Source: Gammaproteobacteria bacterium
GTDB taxonomy: Bacteria; Pseudomonadota; Gammaproteobacteria; GCA-001735895
NCBI GenBank assembly: GCA_030066085.1
Contig: JASJCI010000007.1
Coordinates: forward strand, 28,363 to 92,362
Length of the DNA: 64,000 nucleotides
Reading direction: 5' to 3'
Both the position numbers and the translations under genes were made by a program. Position 1 is the first letter of the stretch. Each line of letters starts with the position of its first letter. The notes under the pieces were generated by a model, which did not search any database, was not told the origin of the DNA, and saw nothing but the letters and a program-made list of their open reading frames with translations. Shown here one piece after another: positions 40,318 through 50,215 of this stretch.

Positions 40318-40400
40318 CGTCATCCCGCATCGGCGGACCGCCGCGTTCGCGGGGACCTCCCGAGAATCCGCACAAGATCCCCGCTTGCGCGGGGATGACG
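40318..40400. repeat. REP-like palindromic element
   Basis: CGTCATCCC...GGGATGACG ends with internal GATCCCCGCTTGCGCGGGGATGAC; a second REP-type end CTCGCAATGAC at about 40455-40465. Confidence 0.6.
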
Positions 40401-40474
40401 ATCAGGCCTGGCTCGGGAATTGCCACGTGAACCCTGCCCCGGCACATGCCGGTGCTCGCAATGACGGGCAGGCG

Positions 40475-42148
40475 TCAGAACAGTCCCTCGACCTGGCCCT
40501 GTTCGTTGAGGCGGATATTGTCGGCCGAAGGCACCCGCGGCAGGCCCGGCATGGTCATGATATCGCCGCAGACCGCGACGATGAACTCGGCGCCGGCCGA
40601 AAGGCGTACCTCGCGGATCGGCACCTCGTGACCCGACGGTGCACCGATCAACGCGGGATCGGTCGAGAAACTGTACTGGGTCTTGGCCATGCATACCGGG
40701 AAGTGCCCGTAGCCGTCCGCCTCGAACCTGGCGAACTGGTCACGCACCTTCTTGTCGGCAATGATGTCGTCGGCACCGTACAGCGAGCGCGCGATGTGGC
40801 GCGCCTTGTTCCACAGCGGCATGTCGTCGTCGTACAGCGTGTGGAACTGCGCCTGCCCGGAATCGGCCACCGCGGCAACGTGCTCGGCGAGCTCGGCGGT
40901 GCCGGCGCTGCCGTCGGCCCAGTGGGTGGCATCGAACGCCTTGACGCCGAATTCGGCGCAAAACTCGCGAATCGCGGCGAGCTCGCCATCGGTATCGGCC
41001 GAAAAACGGTTGATCGCGACCGTGATCGGCACGCCGAACTGCTTGAGGTTGCGGATGTGACGACCGAGGTTTTCGCAACCCTTGCGGATCGCGTCGATAT
41101 CCTCGCTGCCCAGCTGGTCCTTGGCCACGCCGCCGTGCATCTTCAGCGCGCGCGCGGTTGCCACCAGTACCACCGCGTCGGGGCTTAAGCCCGCCTTGCG
41201 GCACTTGATATCGAAGAACTTCTCCGCGCCGAGATCGGCGCCGAAGCCGGCCTCGGTAACGACATAGTCCGCCAGTTTGAGCGCGGTCCTGGTTGCAATC
41301 ACCGAGTTACAGCCGTGCGCGATGTTGGCGAACGGACCGCCGTGGATGAAGGCGGGATTGTTTTCCAGCGTTTGCACCAGGTTCGGCATGAACGCGTCCT
41401 TGAGCAGCACGGTCATCGCGCCCGGTGCGTGCACGTCGCGCGCGTGAACCGGTTTGAGGTCGCGGGTGTAACCGACCACGATGTTGCCGATGCGACGCTC
41501 GAGATCCTCGAGATCGGTCGCAAGGCAGAAGATCGCCATGATTTCGGAAGCGACGGTGATGTCGAAGCCGCTTTGCCGCGGCGTACCGTTACCCGGACCA
41601 CCGAGACCGATGGTGATGTCGCGCAGCATGCGATCGTTCATGTCCATGACGCGCTTCCAGGTTACGCGACGCGGATCGAGGCCAGCCTGGTTTTCCCACT
41701 GGATATGGTTGTCGACCAGCGCCGACAGCAGGTTATGCGCGGTACCGATCGCGTGAAAGTCGCCGGTGAAGTGCAGGTTGATATCTTCCATCGGCACCAC
41801 CTGGGCGTAGCCGCCGCCAGCGGCACCACCCTTCATGCCGAAACAGGGACCGAGACTGGGTTCGCGCAGGCACATGACCGCCTTCTTGCCGATGCGATTG
41901 AGGCCATCGCCCAGGCCCACGGTCGTGGTGGTCTTGCCCTCGCCCGCCGGCGTCGGTGAAATCGCGGTAACCAGGATCAGCTTGCCGTCGGGACGGTCCT
42001 GGATCGAATCGATGAATTCCTGGGTCAGTTTGCCCTTGTCGTGACCGAAGGGCTTGAGACCGTCGGCCGGTATTTCGAGTTTCTGCGCGATGTCGCCGAT
42101 CGGCTTCAGGGTCGCTTCACGCGCAATTTCGATATCGCTTTTCGCCAT
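40475..42148 (-). CDS. fhs: formate--tetrahydrofolate ligase
   Basis: [37 protein letters not shown]. Confidence 0.95.
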   Translation of the reverse strand: MAKSDIEIAREATLKPIGDIAQKLEIPADGLKPFGHDKGKLTQEFIDSIQDRPDGKLILVTAISPTPAGEGKTTTTVGLGDGLNRIGKKAVMCLREPSLGPCFGMKGGAAGGGYAQVVPMEDINLHFTGDFHAIGTAHNLLSALVDNHIQWENQAGLDPRRVTWKRVMDMNDRMLRDITIGLGGPGNGTPRQSGFDITVASEIMAIFCLATDLEDLERRIGNIVVGYTRDLKPVHARDVHAPGAMTVLLKDAFMPNLVQTLENNPAFIHGGPFANIAHGCNSVIATRTALKLADYVVTEAGFGADLGAEKFFDIKCRKAGLSPDAVVLVATARALKMHGGVAKDQLGSEDIDAIRKGCENLGRHIRNLKQFGVPITVAINRFSADTDGELAAIREFCAEFGVKAFDATHWADGSAGTAELAEHVAAVADSGQAQFHTLYDDDMPLWNKARHIARSLYGADDIIADKKVRDQFARFEADGYGHFPVCMAKTQYSFSTDPALIGAPSGHEVPIREVRLSAGAEFIVAVCGDIMTMPGLPRVPSADNIRLNEQGQVEGLF

Positions 42149-42500
42149 TTTCAACTCCACATGATTGGATTCGGGCGCGTCACGGCGTTGGCGCGCGCCT
42201 CGTATTATGACTGCCGCTTCCCGTGACTCGGCAAACCTTGGAACGGCGTATCATATGGGCTGATACCCCCATAAAGTATCGCGAAAGCGACACTTAATGT
42301 AATGCAACGCTGACTGCGCCGGAAGCGCGGCACTGCGGGCCGGCTGCGAGGGGACGTTAGCGCGTCATCGCGAGCGCCCGCATGGCCCGCGGCATTCCTC
42401 GGCAAACCACGCGACATCGATCGGCTTGCCGAATCGCAGGAATTACGGCCCAGGGTAGCTGGCGGCACTTCGGGCCGCGCAATGACTGGCCCGGCAGGCT

Positions 42501-43817
42501 TCAGCAGTCGAGCGTGTTCTGGCGTTCCCAGCTGGACAGGTGCGTGGTGTAGCTGTCCCAGGCCTGCATCTTGAGCTTGACGTAGGCATCGACCAGCTCG
42601 TCGCCGAAGCCTTCGCGGATCACCTTGTTCTTGTCGAACTGGCGGATCGCATCGAGCAGGTACAGCGGCAGCTTGCGCGCGCTCTTGGCGCGGTGACCTT
42701 CTTCGTACATGTTCAGGTGCGTCGGTTCGCCCGGATCGCGCTTGTTGGTGATACCGTCGAGCATCGCCATCAGTACGCCCGCCTGCAGCAGGTAGGGATT
42801 GGCGGCGCCGTCCATCAGGCGCAGCTCGAAACGGCCGTCTTCCGGTACGCGGATCATGTGCGTGCGGTTGTTGCCGGCATAGGTCACCGCGTTCGGCGAC
42901 CAGGTTGCGCCCGACATGGTGCGCGGCGCGTTGATACGCTTGTAGCTGTTGACGGTCGGGTTGAAGATCGCCGCGAGGTCACTGGCGGTATGCATGATGC
43001 CGCCCAGCGCCTGGTAGGCCAGTGGCGACAGGCCAAGACCACGCGGATCCTTCTTCGCGGTCGCGAACAGGTTTTTCTTGCCGGCGCGATCCCACAGCGA
43101 AACGTGCGCGTGACAGCCGTTGCCGGTCAGGTGGGTAAACGGCTTGGGCATGAAGGTCGCGCGCAGGCCGTGGTTCTCGGCGATCGACTTGACCATGAAC
43201 TTGAAGAACACGTGCTTGTCGGCGGTGCGCAGCGCGTCGTCGTAATCCCAGTTCATTTCGAACTGGCCGTTGGCGTCCTCGTGATCGTTCTGGTACGGAT
43301 TCCAGCCGAGCTTGATCATCACGTCGCAAATTTCGCTGACCACCGGGTACTGACGCATCAGCGCCTGCTGGTCGTAACAGGGCTTGGCCTGGGTATCGTG
43401 CGTATCAGCGATCGCGGTACCGTCTTGATTGGTCAGGAAATACTCGCATTCGACACCGGTCTTCATGCGGTAGCCCTTCTTCTGTGCCTTGGCCAGCTGA
43501 CGCTTCAATGCGACCCGCGGCGAAGCCTCGACTTCCTTGCCGTCCATCCACAGGTCACCGGCAACCCAGCCGATCTCCGGGTTCCACGGCAGCTGGATCA
43601 GGCTGTCGGGATCGGGAATCGCAAACATATCGGGATGTGCCGGCGTCATGTCGAGCCAGGCGGCGAAGCCGGCGAAACCCGCGCCGTCTTTCTGCATGCC
43701 CTTGATCGCGCGCGTCGGCACCAGCTTGGCGCGCAGCACGCCGAACAGGTCGACCCAGCTGACGAGGAAATACTTGATCTTCTTGGTCTTGGCGATCGCT
43801 TCGAGATCTTTAGCCAC
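42501..43817 (-). CDS. gmaS: gamma-glutamylmethylamide synthetase-like (GlnT-type GS)
   Basis: DLFGVLRAKLVP, GAGFAGFAAWLDMTPAHPD resemble alphaproteobacterial GmaS; GGGAGG RBS before GTG 43817. Confidence 0.8.
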   Translation of the reverse strand: MAKDLEAIAKTKKIKYFLVSWVDLFGVLRAKLVPTRAIKGMQKDGAGFAGFAAWLDMTPAHPDMFAIPDPDSLIQLPWNPEIGWVAGDLWMDGKEVEASPRVALKRQLAKAQKKGYRMKTGVECEYFLTNQDGTAIADTHDTQAKPCYDQQALMRQYPVVSEICDVMIKLGWNPYQNDHEDANGQFEMNWDYDDALRTADKHVFFKFMVKSIAENHGLRATFMPKPFTHLTGNGCHAHVSLWDRAGKKNLFATAKKDPRGLGLSPLAYQALGGIMHTASDLAAIFNPTVNSYKRINAPRTMSGATWSPNAVTYAGNNRTHMIRVPEDGRFELRLMDGAANPYLLQAGVLMAMLDGITNKRDPGEPTHLNMYEEGHRAKSARKLPLYLLDAIRQFDKNKVIREGFGDELVDAYVKLKMQAWDSYTTHLSSWERQNTLDC

Positions 43818-43874
43818 GTGATACCCTCCCAAAGGTTGTTATGGTTGTGCCGCAGGCGGCCATTCTAAGCCAGT

Positions 43875-46394
43875 TCAGTGGCGATTCAAACTGCCCGACA
43901 TCGGCACGCCCGCCGCCTTCGATACCGCGAGCGTAATCGCGCGCAGGTCTTCCGGTTCGAGGTTGTGCACGTTGGTCTTGCCGGTGCAGCGCGCCATCAT
44001 CGCGGCTTCCGCGTTGAAGGCCTGCAGCAGGTTGAAACAGCGCTCCTCGCGTTCGGCCTGGTCGAGGTCGGCATGATATTCGGGGGTACCGCTGGAGACG
44101 TCCGCGCCGAGCGCCAATGCCGCCGCGGCACCGATGACGACCGCGTTGGCGCCGAGCGCGAGCATCTTGGCGCTGTCGGTGCCGGTGCGCAGGCCGCCGA
44201 AGTAAACCAGGTCGATGTCTTCCTCGCGGTTGAGCGCGCGCAGCTGACCGACCGCGTGATTCAGGATCGACAGGTCCGGCGCACCGCCGAGTTCCGCACC
44301 GATTTCAGGCAGGCCGTCGCCGGCATCGAGCACGAGGAAGTCGAGTTCCTGCTCGAGCGCAAACGGGATCGCCTGCGCCAGGTTGCGGTGATTGACGACC
44401 AGGCCAACGGGTTGATCTTCACGCGCGCGCGTCACCTTGCCGGCGAGCATCGCCACGCTGGCGCCGAATGCGACCGCGTCGGCCGCGGCATCCGCCGCAT
44501 CGTCGGCCAGCTGGATCCAGCGCGCGCCGTCACCTGGCGCTCGGCGGCCGAAACAGGCGGCGCCATGGTCGCCAATTGCCTTCGCGTAGGCCGCGCGAAT
44601 CTCGGCGGGCGCATCGTCGAGCCCGGTCACCAGGAACGGGATATCGAGCTTGAGGCTCTCGATCGCGCCGAGATCGGTGCGCGTGACGCAGTCCTCGCGG
44701 TAGGGGTCGATGACCAGCCGCGACAGGTTGGCGGGCAGGAACACGAGGTCGTCGAGCGTGGCCTCGTGATCCTCGCCGAACGGATTGTCTCGGTTGTTCA
44801 ACCGCTCCTGCAGGATACTGGCCTCGATCTCGACCTGGTTGGGCGTGATGCGCGACATCGCGAAAATCGACTCGCGGCTGCCGACCGTGTAGTCGGCCGA
44901 ACCGGTTTCGGCATCGCAGCGGAAACAGCGCGCGGCCTCGAACTTCGCCTCGGCTTCGGTATACGTGGATTCGATCTCGGGGAACTCGACCGGTACCTCG
45001 CCGAGCCCGTGAAACGGCTGTTCCACGCGCGGGTTCAGTTCCCAGGCCGGATCATTGCAGATGGCGACGCGCCGCGTGCGGTAAGGTGTACGGTAGGACA
45101 GCGGGGTTTCGTTGCCTTCGAGGAAGGCTTTCATGTAGTAAGCCGCGCGGTGGCCCTGGTACATCGCCTCGACTATGGTCGAACCGCCGAAGGCGCCGTC
45201 GCCGGCGGCGAACACCCGCGGATCATCGGTGCGCATACCCTCGAGACGGGTGCGTACCCGGTCCCAGTCCATCAGGCCGAGTTCATCGAGTTCGCCGCAT
45301 TCGGCCTTCTGCCCGACCGCGGCGATCACCAGCCCGCATTCGATATCGTGCTCCGAACCCTCGACGTTAATCGGCCGACGGCGGCCGTCTTCGTCGGGCT
45401 CGCCGAGCTCGGTGCGCACGCAGCGCAGCGCGCCGTCGACCACGGCCACCGGCTGCGTGTTGTAAACGATCTCGATGCCCTCCTCGATTGCACCGTGCAG
45501 TTCCTCGCGACGTGCCGGCATGGCTTCGTAGTCACGGCGGTAAACCACCTTGACGTTTTTTACGCCCGGCAGGCGTTTGGCCACGCGACAGGCGTCCATC
45601 GCGACGTCGCCGCCGCCGATGACGAGCACGGTTTCGGGCAGCGTCGGCCGCGCGCCGGCATTGACCTCGTAGAGAAAGCCAACACCGTCGCGCACGAAGG
45701 GTTCGGACTCGTCGGGCACGCCCATGGGTTTACCGACGAAGGCACCGATCGACAGCAGCACCGCGGCGTGTCGCTGTTTCAGTTCATCGAGCGACACGTC
45801 ACGGCCGAGCGCACTGTTCAAATGCACCTTGATCCCGGGGCAGTGCGCCATCATGCGATCGATGTCCTGCTGCACCGCGGATTCCGGCAGGCGGAAGCGC
45901 GGGATACCCCAGTACATCATGCCGCCGAGCTTGTCGGTCGCTTCGTGCAGGTGGACCTCGTAGCCGGCTTCGGCCAGGTCGTGCGCGGCGGTCATTCCCG
46001 CGGGACCTGCACCCACGATAGCAACGGTTTTTTGCTGGCTGACTTCGACTGGCGGCAGCGCGTAACCCGGTCCCAGCGCCTCCAGCACGTAACGCTTCAG
46101 GTTACGAATTGCAATCGCGCCGTCGCTGTCGGCGCGGCGGCAGGCGGGTTCGCAGGGCGCGTCGCAGACGCGACCGCAGATCGCGCTGAACGGGTTGGTC
46201 GCGGTGATCGCTTCGAGCGCTTCCTCGTTCTTGCCTTCCCAGATGTAGGCGATGTAGGACGGCGCATCGGTACCGATCGGACAAGCCACCTGGCACGGCG
46301 CCGGCACGTAATGAATGTCGGCGGTATCGTCCTCGAGGTCCGGCGTGGCCGTGATCGAGAACTGGTAATCGGCGTCGGAAATCTTCATCGTCAA
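43875..46394 (-). CDS. fusion of a GltD-like Fe-S/FAD/NAD(P)H module and a degenerate glutamate-synthase FMN-barrel domain
   Basis: CQVACP..CGRVCDAPCEPAC, GAGPAG, GGGDVAMD, EAARCFRC; C-terminal LDDLVFLPANLSRL...GKTNVHNLEPEDL. Confidence 0.85.
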   Translation of the reverse strand: MTMKISDADYQFSITATPDLEDDTADIHYVPAPCQVACPIGTDAPSYIAYIWEGKNEEALEAITATNPFSAICGRVCDAPCEPACRRADSDGAIAIRNLKRYVLEALGPGYALPPVEVSQQKTVAIVGAGPAGMTAAHDLAEAGYEVHLHEATDKLGGMMYWGIPRFRLPESAVQQDIDRMMAHCPGIKVHLNSALGRDVSLDELKQRHAAVLLSIGAFVGKPMGVPDESEPFVRDGVGFLYEVNAGARPTLPETVLVIGGGDVAMDACRVAKRLPGVKNVKVVYRRDYEAMPARREELHGAIEEGIEIVYNTQPVAVVDGALRCVRTELGEPDEDGRRRPINVEGSEHDIECGLVIAAVGQKAECGELDELGLMDWDRVRTRLEGMRTDDPRVFAAGDGAFGGSTIVEAMYQGHRAAYYMKAFLEGNETPLSYRTPYRTRRVAICNDPAWELNPRVEQPFHGLGEVPVEFPEIESTYTEAEAKFEAARCFRCDAETGSADYTVGSRESIFAMSRITPNQVEIEASILQERLNNRDNPFGEDHEATLDDLVFLPANLSRLVIDPYREDCVTRTDLGAIESLKLDIPFLVTGLDDAPAEIRAAYAKAIGDHGAACFGRRAPGDGARWIQLADDAADAAADAVAFGASVAMLAGKVTRAREDQPVGLVVNHRNLAQAIPFALEQELDFLVLDAGDGLPEIGAELGGAPDLSILNHAVGQLRALNREEDIDLVYFGGLRTGTDSAKMLALGANAVVIGAAAALALGADVSSGTPEYHADLDQAEREERCFNLLQAFNAEAAMMARCTGKTNVHNLEPEDLRAITLAVSKAAGVPMSGSLNRH

Positions 46395-48373
46395 CCCGCC
46401 TTGCGATCGAGCAGTTCGAGACCGGTCAGCGGTCGGTGATCGGTCTTGTGTTCCGGCCGATAGGGCAGGCCGGTGATATCCGCCGCTTCCGGGGTCAGCG
46501 CCACCAGGTCGCCGCGTCCCACCTTGTGCACGTCGTCATGGCCGAGCGCCCTGGTGATCGCGGCGATCTGCCAGCGCAGCGACTCGAAGTAGCGATGCAT
46601 GTTCATCGCCTGCTTGTCGAGATCGTAGCGCGCCTCGTGTTCGGGATCCTGGGTTGCGATGCCGACCGGGCAGGTACCGACGTGGCACTGCATGCAGGCA
46701 ATACAGCCGCCGGCAATAATGGCCGCGGTACCGACCGAGGTGCAGCTGGCGCCGAGCGCAAGCATCTTGACGATATCGACACCGTCCTTGAGTCCGCCCA
46801 TCATCACCAGGTCCATGTCGTCGCCGGCGTCGATCTCGCGCAGGCCGTCGATCGCTTCCTGTACCGCCGCGAGGGTCGGGATACCGACGTTCTCGAGCAC
46901 CTCGGTGCTGGCCGCGCCGGTGGAGCCCTGCAGGCCGTCGAGCTCGACGAAGTCGAAACCGTCCTTGTAGGCGATCTTGATGTCGTCATTGACCCGGCCG
47001 GCGCCCATCTTGATGCCGATCGGCACCTTGTGGAAGGTCGCTTCACGGAATTCCTGCAGCTTGATGACGAGATCGTCCGCGCCGAGCACGTCGGGGTGAC
47101 GCGACGGCGAGCGCAGGTCGATGCCGACCGGGATACCGCGGATCGCGGCCAGTTCCGGTGTAACCTTCTTCGCCATCAGCTGCCCGCCGAGACCCGGCTT
47201 GGCGCCTTGCGAGATGTAGATCTCGATCGCGTCGGCGCGCTGCATGTCCTTGACGTTCCAGCCGAGCCGCCCCGACAGGCACTGGAAGATCAGCTGGTCG
47301 GCTTCGGCGCGCTGCTCGTCGAGCATGCCGCCCTCGCCGGTATTCTCGGAGATGCCGGACAGGCGCGACGCGCGCGCGAGCGCGATCTTGACCTTGCGCG
47401 ACAGCGCGCCGAAGCTCATCGGCGCGATCATGACCGGCATCGACAGGCTGATCGGTTTGGCGCCGAAACGCCCGCCGACCGTGGTCTTCAGGTTGATGTC
47501 CTTCAGCTCCTCGGGATCCGGCGAGATGGTCGAGATGTCCCGCGCGAAGGCAATGTCGTTCAGGTGCGGCACCGGCTTGGACGCGCCGTAGCCACGGATT
47601 CGGTAACGCCCGACTTCACCCTTGATCCAGATATCTTCCTGCACCTTCGGGTTCCAGTAGTTGGACGATTTCGACGACACGAAAAACGGCTGCGGACGAT
47701 GCCGCGGCTCGGCCTTGGCGTAACGCAGTTTTTTGCCGGCATTGACGACCTTGGTGAAGTCGCCATCGAATTTCAGTTCGAAACGGTCGAGAAATTCCCT
47801 GATCTCGTCGCGCTCCTGCGCGTCCATGTCGACGATCATGGTGTCGTTGCCGAGGCTCTCGATCTTGCCGCCGACAAAAATCTCGCCGGCGCTCATGTCC
47901 TGCCCGACCTTGGCCGCGGCGTCACCGAGGATGATGATGCGCCCGCCGTACATCATGTAGCCCGCCATGAACGCGGCATTGCCGCCGCAGCACAGCGTGC
48001 CGGCCTTCATGACCTGGCCGGCGCGGCTGCCCATATTGCCGCGCACGACGATTTCGGCGCCGCGGATGGCAACGCCCGGAATCGCGCCGGCGTTGCCGCC
48101 GACCACCACGGTACCGTTGTAGATGTTGTCTCCAACCGCCCAGCCCGCGTTGTGCTCGATTTCGAAGCGCGCGCCGTCGGACAGACCACCGCAGAAATAA
48201 CCGGCGGACCCGCGCACGCGCACGGTAACGGGGTTGTCGACGACCAGCCCGACACCGATATTGTGGCGCGCATCGGGATTGACGATTTCGATGTCCTGCC
48301 CGTCGGCGGCAAGACTGTGGATTTTTTGATTGGCCGCGGTAATCGCGACCTGGCTTAAATCGATCTGGCCCAT
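46391..48373 (-). CDS. fused GXGXG + FMN-binding glutamate-synthase domains (MgsB-MgsC-like fusion)
   Basis: N-terminal GXGXG repeats; MSFGALS, QGAKPG, C-x5-C-x4-C (CIACMQCHVGTC). Confidence 0.88.
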   Translation of the reverse strand: MGQIDLSQVAITAANQKIHSLAADGQDIEIVNPDARHNIGVGLVVDNPVTVRVRGSAGYFCGGLSDGARFEIEHNAGWAVGDNIYNGTVVVGGNAGAIPGVAIRGAEIVVRGNMGSRAGQVMKAGTLCCGGNAAFMAGYMMYGGRIIILGDAAAKVGQDMSAGEIFVGGKIESLGNDTMIVDMDAQERDEIREFLDRFELKFDGDFTKVVNAGKKLRYAKAEPRHRPQPFFVSSKSSNYWNPKVQEDIWIKGEVGRYRIRGYGASKPVPHLNDIAFARDISTISPDPEELKDINLKTTVGGRFGAKPISLSMPVMIAPMSFGALSRKVKIALARASRLSGISENTGEGGMLDEQRAEADQLIFQCLSGRLGWNVKDMQRADAIEIYISQGAKPGLGGQLMAKKVTPELAAIRGIPVGIDLRSPSRHPDVLGADDLVIKLQEFREATFHKVPIGIKMGAGRVNDDIKIAYKDGFDFVELDGLQGSTGAASTEVLENVGIPTLAAVQEAIDGLREIDAGDDMDLVMMGGLKDGVDIVKMLALGASCTSVGTAAIIAGGCIACMQCHVGTCPVGIATQDPEHEARYDLDKQAMNMHRYFESLRWQIAAITRALGHDDVHKVGRGDLVALTPEAADITGLPYRPEHKTDHRPLTGLELLDRKAG

Positions 48374-49263
48374 GTCTGGTGCGTCCCGGGCGCCGGTTCG
48401 GTGGAATTGATGGATTGCCCCGGGAACAGCCGGTTGAGGCTGACTTCCTCGGAGGCGATGGCGATCATGTCATCGGTTTCGTACAGCACCATCGGCTTGG
48501 CCGCGAGGTTGTCCTTGGCATAACCGATCTCGTCTTTGGTCGAGACCAGGAAAGAAAAGGTGCCGTCGAGATCCTCGATCGCGGTTTCGAGCACGCTGTC
48601 GAGCGTTTCGCCCTGCGACAGCTTGTCGGCGAGGTAGACCGCGACCAGTTCGCTGTCGTTATCGGTATGGAAGCTGTAGCCGCGACGTTCGAGCCGGCGG
48701 CGCATTTTCCAGTAATTGGTGATCTGGCCGTTGTGCACGATCGCGATGTCTTCGAAGCCGGTTGCCCAGAAAGGGTGCGCCGCCTCGGGCCGCACCGCGG
48801 ATTCGGTCGCGAGACGGACATGACCGATGCCGTGGGTGCCGGTGAATTCACCGACGTTGTAGAGGTCATCAAGCTCGTGCGCGGTGCCGTCGTCCTTGAT
48901 GATGTCGAGCGTATGCCCGACCGAAACCAGCTTGGCGTGCTCCTCGATGTCCTTGGTAAACTCGAGCAGGTCACCGTCGAAGCGCACCGCGATCTGGTAG
49001 GAACAACCGACGGACTGTTCGCTCTCGATAGCGGCATCGTGGCGCGCCAGCAGGCTCGCGATGTTGTCGACCGCGTCCTTGCGCGCAGCCTCGTCGGTCG
49101 GCACGATAAAACGCAGCTGCAGCAAATCCCTGGTTTCGCCGTACATCGCGAAGCCGGTGCTGTCGGGGCCGCGATGCTGGCAACCGTCGAGCATTTCGAT
49201 CAGCGTCTTGCCGATTTCATGCGCGCCCTGGGTCTTGAACAGTACGCCTGCAATTCCACACAT
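48355..49263 (-). CDS. class II glutamine amidotransferase (MgsA-like)
   Basis: N-terminal MCGI, HRGPDS, GHVRLATES, HNGQI, DSE. Confidence 0.88.
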   Translation of the reverse strand: MCGIAGVLFKTQGAHEIGKTLIEMLDGCQHRGPDSTGFAMYGETRDLLQLRFIVPTDEAARKDAVDNIASLLARHDAAIESEQSVGCSYQIAVRFDGDLLEFTKDIEEHAKLVSVGHTLDIIKDDGTAHELDDLYNVGEFTGTHGIGHVRLATESAVRPEAAHPFWATGFEDIAIVHNGQITNYWKMRRRLERRGYSFHTDNDSELVAVYLADKLSQGETLDSVLETAIEDLDGTFSFLVSTKDEIGYAKDNLAAKPMVLYETDDMIAIASEEVSLNRLFPGQSINSTEPAPGTHQTWARSI

Positions 49264-49299
49264 GGGGGGATCCTCCCGGATCGGACTGGTAAGCGCGCG

Positions 49300-49328
49300 A
49301 GCTTACTGCATGCAGGCGATAGGGTCAA
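49300..49328 (-). promoter_or_regulatory. sigma70-type promoter of the mgs-like operon
   Basis: TTGACC (49328-49323) - 17 nt - TAAGCT (49305-49300). Confidence 0.5.
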
Positions 49329-49338
49329 CTGATGTGAA

Positions 49339-49365
49339 ATTTTGTTTCCTATCAGGAAACAAAAT
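49339..49365. promoter_or_regulatory. candidate operator
   Basis: ATTTTGTTTCCT-atc-AGGAAACAAAAT perfect 12-bp inverted repeat 10 nt upstream of the -35. Confidence 0.5.
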
Positions 49366-49997
49366 CAGCTCGATGTCGCCTCCGAAACGATTATCGACAG
49401 GTAGCGACAGGGCAGTTCCTGGATCTGATCGGGCCCGTGAGAAGCCTCGGCATCGAAAAACAGGGTATCACCGGGACCCAGCGTGTAGGTTTTGTTGGCA
49501 TGCCGATAGGCAACCTGCCCCTCGAGCATGTAAATCAGCTCCATGCCGGTGTGTTGAAACACAGGAAACACCTCGGACTTGTCGGTAATCGTGATCAGGT
49601 AGGGTTCGATCGTGTAGGGTTTGCCGATCGTGTGCCCGAGCAACTGGTACTGATGGCCGGCGCCCGAGCCCCGGCGCTCGATTTGCAGACCCTCGCCAGC
49701 AGGCGTGTAGGTCACGTCGCGCTGCTCTTCGTAACCTCGAAAAAACGAGGTCACCGGGACCTGCAGCGCGGCCGCGAGCGAGGTCAGCGTAGCCAGCGAC
49801 GGCGAGGTCTGGCCGTTTTCGATCTTGGACAACATGCCGGTCGACAGGCGCGCCTGCTTGGCCAGCATCGCCACGGTAAGGTTGAGGCGCTTGCGCTGGC
49901 TGCGTACCTGCTTGCCGATCGCGACCTCCAGCGCCTTGACGCTGTGCTGTCCGGCAACGGGTTCGATACTGGCGTTGTCTGTACCGGCGTCGGCCAT
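49365..49997 (-). CDS. XRE-family HTH regulator with cupin domain
   Basis: LSTGMLSKIENGQTSPSL HTH; HTGMELIY..GDTLFFDA..H cupin; start placed at ATG 49997. Confidence 0.88.
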   Translation of the reverse strand: MADAGTDNASIEPVAGQHSVKALEVAIGKQVRSQRKRLNLTVAMLAKQARLSTGMLSKIENGQTSPSLATLTSLAAALQVPVTSFFRGYEEQRDVTYTPAGEGLQIERRGSGAGHQYQLLGHTIGKPYTIEPYLITITDKSEVFPVFQHTGMELIYMLEGQVAYRHANKTYTLGPGDTLFFDAEASHGPDQIQELPCRYLSIIVSEATSS

Positions 49998-50215
49998 GTC
50001 CAGAATAGGGTCGTCGCAAAGCTTTATCAGAACCCAGCAGGCGCGCGATTGCAAATCGCTCAGCGCCACCGGTCGACGGATCGTACCAGGACTGTACCAA
50101 TAAAACGCGGCAGCCATGTTGACCGTCGCGGAGTAATTCCCTACTCTTGACAGGCTGGATTACAACCCACGACCGATAATAAAACCCTATTAGAATCAAA
50201 TATTTGGAGGACAGC

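Noticed and set aside
42149-42500. ZTP or THF riboswitch upstream of fhs; 87-aa ORF
   Set aside because: No recognisable consensus motif; the ORF composition is not protein-like.
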